Source: Zootoca vivipara
Lineage: Eukaryota
DNA length: 64,000 nt
Assembly: GCF_963506605.1 (NCBI RefSeq)
Contig: NC_083279.1
Span: 71,486,001 to 71,550,000 of the forward strand
Direction: 5' to 3'
Shown here piece by piece: positions 15,301 to 23,500 of the stretch. The position numbers and the translations under genes were made by a program. Below the pieces are notes generated by a model that was not told the DNA's origin, ran no database searches, and worked only from the letters and a program-made list of their open reading frames with translations. How positions within the stretch are numbered: the first letter of the stretch is position 1; each line of letters begins with the position of its first letter.

Positions 15301-16032
15301 AAGTTAATTTGGATATGCAGAAGATATTAAAAGTAAATTAAAGGAACAACAGAAAGAGGGGGAAGGAAGTCAAGTTTTGAAATGTTAAAATGATTGTAAA
15401 ATTAGTGAAATGTGTAAACCCGAAAAGCATAAATAAAATTTAAAATAAAATGTATGTTATTGGAGACACCTCCTGGTTTCTCCTTCTGTCCTGGACTACT
15501 GCACTGTCTTACCTTAGAGCCTGTAGAGGGGAAGAATATTTGAAAGTTTTCTAAAACAAAAACAGAACTGCTTCAAGCAGCAGCGTTTCTATATTAGAGG
15601 AAATTCGAAAGCTAACAGCTGCTGGCAATAATGGATTGAAACCAGAAAGCGGTGAGCAAGCTTTCCTTTAAATTCACCAGAACAATTCTTCAACCTGGAC
15701 GATGCTTTGCAAAAACGTGGGGGGGGGGGGCATATTGAAATTGCAGCCTGGTACCACCACCACGCCGCGCGCCCCACTCCCTTTGGCATCCAGCTTGAAG
15801 AACCCTGGTGACCCCGAAAGCTCGCGCACTGCTTCAAAAGGTATTTCCCGACTGTTTCTTTAAAGTGTGCCATACTAGTGGAGTGTTGCCAACGTTACTG
15901 AGAGCAAGGGGTAGTTTCGAGGGGAACCCCTTGGTGGCAAGTCTGGGCAATGGCTGAAGGCGGGAAATGGAGAGGGGCGGGAATGGGGGTACCTTTTGCG
16001 TCTTTCGCCTCCTGCTCCCCCTTCGGCTCCAT
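580..16032 (-). CDS. CFAP44: Cilia- and flagella-associated protein 44 (WDR52), 5' part of a multi-exon gene; 3' end lies beyond the window start
   Basis: Phase-consistent exon chain on the - strand: 16032-15993, [15520-15513 and/or 15107-15048 uncertain], 12857-12803, 12048-11871, 10882-10720, 9957-9855, 8648-8432, 6458-6344, 5598-5434, 3476-3321, 2622-2575, 1732-1633, 1406-1312, 789-580. Translates to WD40 repeats recognisable as CFAP44 ([63 protein letters not shown]). Confidence 0.93.
1312..1406 (-). CDS. CFAP44: CFAP44 exon ([31 protein letters not shown])
   Basis: Acceptor ATGCAG, donor GTAAGT, 95 bp, phase 1-0. Confidence 0.9.
1633..1732 (-). CDS. CFAP44: CFAP44 exon ([33 protein letters not shown])
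   Basis: Acceptor CCCTGTAG, donor GTAAGT, 100 bp, phase 0-1. Confidence 0.9.
2575..2622 (-). CDS. CFAP44: CFAP44 exon ([16 protein letters not shown])
   Basis: Acceptor TTTACTAG, donor GTAAGT, 48 bp. Confidence 0.9.
2770..2856 (-). mobile_element. Penelope-like element terminal fragment with hammerhead-like motif
   Basis: On -: GTATCTGAAGAAGTGTGCATGCACACAAAAGCTCATACC...TTAGTTGGTCTCTAAGGTGCTACTGGA; same family at 23800-24009 and 37154-37230. Confidence 0.6.
3321..3476 (-). CDS. CFAP44: CFAP44 exon (VWDFETID...FWYAQ)
   Basis: 156 bp, AG/GTAAGC boundaries, overlaps ORF 3285..3482. Confidence 0.9.
4628..5013 (-). mobile_element. Sauria SINE
   Basis: ACCTTT tail, core GGTCATGTGGCCAGCATGACT, tRNA-like head; similar to three other copies. 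Confidence 0.85.
5040..5265 (-). mobile_element. LINE (L2-like) 3' end fragment
   Basis: (AAT)n tail, TTATTTATACC-CGCCCATCTGGCTGGG end also at about 59070-59115; TTCCACAGG..GGTGCCACTACCGAGAAGGCCC motif. Confidence 0.55.
5434..5598 (-). CDS. CFAP44: CFAP44 exon (VLSGSEWGN...DGFIR)
   Basis: 165 bp, AG/GTGAGT boundaries. Confidence 0.9.
6344..6458 (-). CDS. CFAP44: CFAP44 exon ([15 protein letters not shown]...ELPDGK)
   Basis: 115 bp, CAG/GTGAG boundaries, phase 2-0. Confidence 0.9.
6680..7051 (-). mobile_element. LTR-like insertion fragment
   Basis: CpG-rich insert in an AT-rich intron, AATAAA on -, flanked by CATG; termini not canonical. Confidence 0.3.
7140..7912 (-). mobile_element. CR1 LINE 3' part (RT C-terminus), interrupted by a hAT MITE
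   Basis: (ATTCTATG)n tail; [49 protein letters not shown]. Confidence 0.92.
7543..7670. mobile_element. hAT-type MITE nested in CR1
   Basis: TIR CAGGCATCCCCAAACT; 8-bp TSD TCATAAGG (7535-7542, 7671-7678). Confidence 0.9.
8432..8648 (-). CDS. CFAP44: CFAP44 exon (GTEEAYAF...SGSGHI)
   Basis: 217 bp, TTTCCAG/GTAAG boundaries, phase 1-2, WD repeat ([10 protein letters not shown]). Confidence 0.9.
8779..9134 (-). mobile_element. Sauria SINE with TSD
   Basis: 12-bp TSD TGAAACAGATTA (8767-8778, 9135-9146). Confidence 0.9.
9323..9361. repeat. (GT)n microsatellite
   Basis: Direct observation. Confidence 0.95.
9855..9957 (-). CDS. CFAP44: CFAP44 exon ([14 protein letters not shown]...RVLR)
   Basis: 103 bp, TAG/GTAGG boundaries, phase 0-1. 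Confidence 0.9.
10720..10882 (-). CDS. CFAP44: CFAP44 exon ([10 protein letters not shown]...GIGVIA)
   Basis: 163 bp, TTCAG/GTATGA boundaries, phase 2-0. Confidence 0.9.
11291..11823 (-). mobile_element. Probable solo LTR
   Basis: TGT...ACA termini, near-identical 4-bp flanks GTAT/GTAA, AATAAA on - near 11425. Confidence 0.45.
11871..12048 (-). CDS. CFAP44: CFAP44 exon (EEEVEPIQ...[12 protein letters not shown]...IPLDLLSL)
   Basis: 178 bp, CAG/GTATCC boundaries, phase 1-2. Confidence 0.85.
12803..12857 (-). CDS. CFAP44: Probable CFAP44 acidic N-terminal exon ([18 protein letters not shown]) with GC donor
   Basis: Acceptor TTTCTGCTTTCCAG, donor AAG|GCAAGT, 55 bp, ends in phase 1 matching the next exon. 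Confidence 0.65.
13600..14540 (+). mobile_element. Older CR1 LINE 3' part with nested MITE
   Basis: [24 protein letters not shown]...RTDKRKYFF motifs with frameshifts. Confidence 0.8.
13842..13978. mobile_element. hAT-type MITE
   Basis: TIR CAGGCTTCCTCAA; TSD ATATTGAT (13834-13841, 13979-13986). Confidence 0.9.
15048..15107 (-). CDS. CFAP44: Probable CFAP44 N-terminal exon ([19 protein letters not shown])
   Basis: Acceptor TTATTTCAG, donor G|GTAAGT, 60 bp, phase 1-1; alternative donor after 15058 gives phase 0. Confidence 0.6.
15993..16032 (-). CDS. CFAP44: Probable CFAP44 first coding exon ([13 protein letters not shown])
   Basis: Kozak GCCATGG in CpG-rich region directly downstream of an RFX X-box; donor AAG|GTACCC. 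Confidence 0.65.
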
Positions 16033-16047
16033 GGCAGGTATACGCCG

Positions 16048-16060
16048 GTTGCTAAGCAAC
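16048..16060. promoter_or_regulatory. RFX X-box (GTTGCTAAGCAAC) at the CFAP44 start
   Basis: Palindromic match to the RFX consensus GTTGCY-N(1-2)-RGCAAC, 15 bp upstream of the predicted ATG of a motile-cilia gene. Confidence 0.8.
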
Positions 16061-17488
16061 CGAATGAAAGGCGCGCCAAGATCCCTGGGAAGTTGAGTTC
16101 AAAACCTGCTTAGGCTCAGAGCGCCTGCGCAGCAACAGCAGCAGCATAGTAAGAAGTAACACCGATGAACAGCTTGCTCGTTTTTCTCCCCTCCCCTCCC
16201 CCCCGATTACTCTATACACTAATACATAGCAAATACTGTATAATAATATACGCTGCTGTGCACAATGGAGACAAAGCTACGGATATTTAAGGAATTCCAG
16301 GGGGAAGGAAATATTTATTTACTTTAGTCATTGCCATTTGCAAATGTTTATAACGGGTAACATCGGCTTCTCTCCGTGCATGTGAAATCGGGGAGTCCTA
16401 TTGAGTTCAATGGGCTGCCTCCCAAGTGTGCCCGCCCGCTTCATTTAAAATAATAATGAGGATCGCGCCTTTAATAACTGCATTAACAAGGCAAAGGGGA
16501 TTTTCTTCCTGGGTGTGGGGAGCCTTCCTTGCTAACTTAATTGTTACAACGCCTGTCAACATTTTTCTGGCAGGTTTTCTGTGTGCCGAGCAGAAATTCT
16601 GCCGGTGTGGCTACAGCGAGGGAAAAAGACGGCACCTGCTGAATTTCCTCTAGGGGGATCTTCCAGGAGGAACAGGGAAATATCCCTGTAATGTGGTTGC
16701 CAAATGAGTGCCCGTCGGCAGGTCTCCATTTTCTAATACCTATTTTGATTTATTGGTGGGACGGCCGCATTGATCCAGAGGAGCTAATATCTGCCCGATC
16801 CTATAGGATCTACATAGGATCGAACTGTTGCAACGCAATATATCCCTGCTTAGATCTGACCGACCCAACTATAATTTAAGAGTATTTTAGTTTTACTACA
16901 TGTTTGGGGGTTGGGGTTATTGGTTCGTTTTGCTTTTGCTCGTTTTTATTACGTATTTTGTGTGTTTCTATCTCGTATTTCTAATGCTGCCAACCCCCCT
17001 GAGATCATTAAAAAATCTGGGTGTTAAGGCAAGCCTTTCTGAACATAGAAGAACTTACTTCAGAGATTAAACTGCCAGGGGTCATCTGACTTGTACAAAC
17101 AAAGTTTCTTCTTCGCTCTGAACTCGGGGAAATAAAAACGAGAGGAGAGGCCTGGCGAGAAACCGCTGCAGGTAGCGAGCCGGGAGGCGGGACCTGTCCT
17201 TTTTTTGCAGGGGGAAAGGCGACGCACCTGCCGGAATGCGCCTTAGGGCGCAGCTGGAGGAAATGGGAAAGCGCTCCAGCAACAGGTGCCGGGGGAGATC
17301 GAGCCGAGGGAAGAAGGAGTTGCTCGCTCCTTTCCAGATAATACTAACAATAATAATACTGTAGTAGTAAAAGGCGCGGCTTCCCTTCCCAAGCGGAAAA
17401 GCAAGGCCAACGTCTCCCGGAGTTAGGAGTAGAGGTTGAGGTTCGTTTGCGCAGAGGGATCCGGCCGGTGGGCGGAGGAGGCGGCGCC

Positions 17489-17552
17489 ATGGCCTGGAGC
17501 TGGCGATGGCAACACCTAGGGCTCTTTCTCGGCCTCAGCTGCCTCCCGACAG
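17489..17552 (+). CDS. ILDR1: ILDR1 exon 1, signal peptide ([21 protein letters not shown])
   Basis: Kozak GCCATGG, donor CAG|GTGAGT, phase 1. Confidence 0.88.
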
Positions 17553-20500
17553 GTGAGTCGTGGGGGGCGGCGGGGATCGGAGCTGGAAGGGGGAAAGGAG
17601 CTGCCTCCCGATCTCCGTGATCTTTCGTCTTTCCCTTGCTGTTTTGCTGACGGCGACTGGTTTTAGTAGTTGATTGTCTCCTAAAGTTTCCTCTCGCCCG
17701 ATTCCTTCCTGCTCCTTCGCTTGTTTACAGTACCTTCCTCAAAGGCAGGTCTCCGGGCTAATCAGGCATGTTTTAAGTCTCTCCATGTTGCTTTTATTTT
17801 AATCTTCTTGGTCCCGGGGAGGAGAGGTTGTAAAATTGCCCAGCATATGTGTGTGTGTGTGTATCGTGTGTGTATCCCCCCTTTTAAAATCGTATTTGCT
17901 GTAGTTGTAAACTTACACCCACACAGAGTGGATACATGTGTAAAGAACTTTTGTCCTCCACAAAAATACAAGTAAGAAAGGGTGGAAATCTATGTACCAG
18001 GCTAGCTGGCATTTGGTGTCAGCAGTTTAGCCACAATTCTATTTACATATGTGTAAGCATATTTACATATGTGTAAGCGTGGGTGCCGCTGTAGTCTAAA
18101 CCACCAAGCCTAGGGCTTGCCGATCAGAAGGTCGGAGGTTCGAATCCCCATGATGGGGTGAGCTCCCGTTGTTCGGTCCCAGCTCCTGCCAACCTAGCAG
18201 TTCGAAAGCATGTCAAAGTGCAAGTACGGTAGATAAATAGGTACCGCTCCGGTGGGAACGTAAACGGCGTTTCCGTGCGCTGCTCTGGTTTGCCAGAAGT
18301 GACTTAGTCATGCTGGCCACATGACCTGGAAGCTGTCTGTGGACAAACGCCAGCTGCCTCAGCCAATAAAGCGAGATGAGTGCTGCAACCCCAGAGTCGG
18401 CCGCGACTGGACCTAATGGTCAGGGGTACCTTTACCTTTTAAGCATGTGAAAAGTTCACTGGTTTATCTCACCATTGCCCTCCTAGATATTAGGTGCAAC
18501 ATACTTTAAATAAGATGTTGATTATTATCAATAGGACTGTAGCTTGGCTGCTTTGGAGGAAAATGCATATAAGTGCAATGTGTAATGACAATGAATTAAC
18601 TAGATGGAAGTATGCCTTATTGGTTTCAGTAACGCTTACTTCCTGGTAAGTATGATTAGAACTAAATATATTTCTCTTGTCTATAATTCAAATGTAAATG
18701 GTGTTTTTAAACAAGTGTCTTCACATTCTGTCCTGTATTAACAGTGCTCACTTGAACACACAAAATAGAAGTTATAGCCTTGCAGCTAAAGATAGGTTGA
18801 GCCCGGTCCTAGTTTAATTTATTCCTGAGTAAATACATTTAGAATTGCAGAAATAATGTCACAGCCACAAAAATAACCAGTATGTGCACTTCTTAAGCCC
18901 CTGGCCATTCATTCTTATAAAGGCACTTCATTCCAACTAGGTGCTGTCAAGTGTGTTTGAGTAATTCTATCTAACACAGTGTTTATATTATGTTATCTCA
19001 AATGCTGTTGATATCTTTGGTATTGTTAATGCCTTGAATGCTTTTCTAGTGTTATCGTGTATACCTATGATAGGGAAAACACAGGAGTCTGGCTAACCTA
19101 ATGTATATTTAAAAGCTGTTTGATAGTATTAAATAGTATAGTTATAGTATTATATTAAATTGTATTTAGCTATAATTGAGATTTTTTAAAGATTTAGCAA
19201 CAAGCCTTTCTCTCTTTTCCGCTTATTGTAAGTATTGTGAAGAAAAGAGAACGTACCAAATAATCCAAACATCATAACAAGAATCTCTTTAAAATCCAAG
19301 CTTGAAGTCCGAGCCATGGACTGTACAAATCTGCAGGTTTTTTCTCAGTCTTCTTTGGTCCAGACTATGTCTGTTTATTGTCCAAATCTAATTATTTTAT
19401 CGTGCAGATATTCCCAGCTATGAGAGTGGCTTTGGAGAGTGCTGGCCGTACTGTGCTCTGTGCCCCAGTGTACTGCCACCTGCACCTTGATGCAAGCTGG
19501 CAACCTCAGACAATCTGCAGGTCTTCGAGACAGTCCTCCCCCATCTTGGGGAGTCTGTCAAGGCTAATTACCCCCATATCAGCCCTGAATTACTGGCACA
19601 GCTGGGGTCCGATCATATGGGAGTCAGCCATTTCCCACTGCCCGAAACAGGAAGTCCCCAAACATAGATTTCCTACAGACTTGGCCAACCTGAAGAACTC
19701 ACATTCCTCATTTGTGAAACTATTACGCCTCCCCTACCCTTATTGTGAGAGAATACAAGGCCTGCCCTCATCCTGACTTCTAGGACATCCTGGATAATGG
19801 CTGCTCCCCCACATCAAATGGGGGTGACTTTTGCGTGGTCGCGTGCAGTCCCCTGGATCCCAGTGCGGCTCCTGGTAGTTCGGACTGGCTTCATCCTCCC
19901 CAGGCTGGATACCTGGGGTCTCCACCTACCTCAGTCAACCGCCCAATCCTGCCTGGGGAGGTGTTGCCAGGGGATTGACCAAGTAAGGGGAGGGACCGCC
20001 CTGCACACGCAACAGAAGGTGTAGCTTACCTGGGAAGCGGCAGTCGGCTTCTAGGACATCCTGGATAAAAGCTGTCCTTTGCACAGCTTCTTCCCCATGG
20101 ATCAATGCTGCTATATTTCTTCATTTATCTTACACTGCTGGTATTTTCAAAGATTGTGGCACTGCTGTCTTCAAAAGCCCTATCAAATCCAGAACTAGGA
20201 AAAAGGAAGTCCCGTGGGTGCAGACCAAATGCAAACTGTAGGATATGTCTGCACAGTCACTCAAGAAATGAACCAGTCCTTTGGAAAACTTTATGGAACT
20301 TGATGGTTGTTTGTTTTGTTTGTTTTTTTACTAAATCTCTGTATACTTGGTTTGCTGTCTGCATTGGTAGATCCCCCCCCCTGGGGGGGCATAGGGGTGC
20401 TTTTCATATGCTTACTGATAGCTGTTGTTCATGTCTTTCATTGCAGGTTGCTTCTCCCTCCTGGTGACTGTGCCAGTTGCTGAGCGATATACAACTTTAT

Positions 20501-23500
20501 TTGCCTCTGTGACCCTCAGGTGTGACTACAGTACCTCTGCCCAACTGCAGGATGTGCTAGTTACCTGGCGCTATAAGTCCTTTTGCAAGGATCCCATCCT
20601 TGACTACTACAGTGTTGGTGAGTGCCACTGATTCTTGCGGCCCACCACCAAGGATTGCTCTCCACACACATGAGAAGAGGCAGGAAGGAGGGAGGGAGCC
20701 CCAGGGAAGACAGTTCTTTGACTTCTTGTTCTCCAGAGCCAAATAATGGGGAAGTTGATCTCTTCGGTCTCTGAACCAAAATGGATGGAGTGATAGCTAG
20801 AAGATGCTGCTTTAGGAAATGACTGCTTGTGCTTTCACTTTTAAGACATCTTTGGAATGCATGAAACCCTAACAGGCTCTGTGATTTTAGGAAAGGGAGC
20901 CTTTCACTTTCAGTCATGCTCTCCTTTGGCTCTAGCACTTTCAATTCAAAAGGGAAAACTCTGAAGTTTAAGACTAATTTCTCCATCTAATACTGAGCTC
21001 AACCAGAGAGTGCCAACAAATTCAGGAAAAGACTTGTGTTGCATTGCACTTTGGCCTGTAGTCTGACATGGATGAACCCCAGCCCACCTTCTAAGTTGGG
21101 GGTCAGGGAGGGACTGTCTTTAACCTCACACCCTATTTTCAGAGGCGCTCTAGAGTGAATCTGGAACTTTTTGCGATATTGGAGAAGGGATTATATCCCT
21201 CACTGAATGAGGAGCAAGGGTCCCTACAGTCAAAAATGTTGGCAGGCTATCAAGGCTAGCCAAAGGTCGTGAGCCTTTTACCCATCTTCCTTCAGTCTGG
21301 ATAGGCTTAGTGAGATGCTCAGAGTTCTTGCAATCTGAACCATGAATTATAGCTTTCACTATTGTAAAATTAGATGAAAAGTATTGGGTTTCCAAAGCAT
21401 TTAGTTATCTGTATGGTCTAATATCCACAAATTTTTTCTTTCCTCTTTGTGCCAAATCCTGATAGCTTATCCTTGATTCAGACTGTGAATGGTGTGCTTG
21501 ACAACTTTTTCAAATATATCCCAAAGTTTCATCCCACGTTGTTTCTCCATATGCCCAGCAAAGTTTGCAGTTCATATAGCATTAGAGCTTGCTGTCTCCG
21601 AAATTAATTGAATAATTTCTCCTCTCTACCCCCATAATTTTTTTCTGTTGTTACCACTTATAAAGGGGCAGGTAGTAAACACAAGGTGATCTTACCTCAC
21701 TGGAATTTTAAGGAACACTATTATGAATTTAATACTTTGGATTTAAATAAACTGGCATTCATTTTTGTACATAAACTTTAATTAGTTTATGTTTAAGTAA
21801 ACAATTTTACTAGTCCAGTCGCGCTTCCGGACATAAATCTTCCTTTTCAGCAGAGTGTGTGTGCGCACCGGTTAAGGTTAAGGATGAGTCACCAAGAGTC
21901 GTAAATTCAGGAACTCTGGAGCACGTTGTAAACTCAAAAGACTTTATTTACAAAAAACATAGCCTGGAGATAAGGCAGACATCCTTCATCTCTGGGCAAG
22001 AAAAACTTAAACAAAACTTTGCCTCAGCGCACAAGCTTGAGGCATGACTTCTACTACAAACTGCAACCAAGAGAAAAACCGCTACTAAGAGAGCGAGCAC
22101 ATGTAAGGAACTGACTATTTATACACATTGTCTAACATTCCCAGGTGATCCATGATGCTCAGCTGCTCAGTGTTCAGAGTGTCTAGTACAACTTAACCCT
22201 TTAATACCAACAATTTTGAAATCCATCCTCTTTGTTTATTACAGCCTATCAAGCAGGCCTAGCTCTTGGCCAGGACCCTTCCAACGACTGCAATGACAAT
22301 CAGCGGGAAATACGCATTGTTGCTCAGAGAAGAGGGCAAAATGAACCTGTGCTTGGTGTTGATTACAGACAGCGGAGGATAACCATTCAGAACAGTAAGA
22401 CCATTTGAGCAGGGACTGGGAAACTGTGGCCTGTAGAGGTCTCATTAGTGCTAAGGAAACACAGCCTTAAGCAGCATGAAGTAATTGTATCTTAAAGGTA
22501 AAGGGACCCCTGACCATTAGGTCCAGTCGTGACCGACTCTGGGGTTGCGGCACTCATCTTGCATTATTGGCTGAGGGAGCCAGCGTACAGCTTCCAGGTC
22601 ATGTGGCCAGCATGACTAAGCCACTTCTGGCGAACCAGAGCAGCACACGGAAATGCCGTTTACCTTCCCCTATATATCAACTTGCTTTCAAACTGCTAGG
22701 TTGGCAGGAGCTGGGACCGAGCAACAGGAGCTCACCCCGTCACGGGGATTTGAACCACCGACCTTCTGATCGGCAAGCCCTAGGCTCTGTGGTTTAACCC
22801 ACAGCGCCACCCGGAGGTGTAAATGACTCGGAATGTAGTTTCAGCTCTCCAAAAGGCTGTTTGCACAATAATTTTTGCAATTCAGGAATATGCTTTCGTG
22901 GTATGAGAAGAATCACCCAGTTGCCTACTTTTGCCATGCTGTGTTTCTTCTTCATAGGAGCAGATCTCCTGATCAATGAAGTGATGTGGTGGGACCATGG
23001 AGTCTACTACTGTAATGTTGAAGCTCCAGGAGATACAAGCGGTGACTCAGACATAGAGGTCAAGCTCATTGTTCTCAGTACGTAGCGCTGTTCTATTTTT
23101 TAAATTTTATTTTGGGGTGACCTCCTCTTCATTTTTTCTTACCATTTATGAAGTTTTAGAGAACAAAGCATGGAGCAAAATGAGCCATGCTCTGATCCTA
23201 AAGATGTTTACTTCCAGGGTTATCGCTTATTTCAATCCACATATTAAAAGGGGAGAAGAAGACACTAGCAATTCCTGATCTTGCAATGCTGGAATGCAGC
23301 CTACTGTACAAAGACAAGAGCCGTATCTCTTGCCTCTGGCCCTTCCCACCACTGGCATTCAGTTCTCAAAAGGCTGCCCTCAAAAGGCTACCACAAGATA
23401 GGAAGACATTATTTCTGTATGCAACCGCTGCAGCAAGGATCCTACTTGCAAAAAACTGGAAGGGAAATTACATGCCGACAAAGGAAGATTGGCTAAACAA

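Larger units (their letters stand above)
15700..17700. promoter_or_regulatory. CpG-rich divergent promoter region of CFAP44 (-) and ILDR1 (+)
   Basis: High CpG density at about 15700-16150 and 17100-17700; start codons at 16032 (-) and 17489 (+) point apart; GC box GGGCGG near 17470. Confidence 0.7.

Noticed and set aside
18077-18170. tRNA-like B-box (GGTTCGAATCC) as a tRNA gene
   Set aside because: It is the head of a Sauria SINE, not a cloverleaf tRNA
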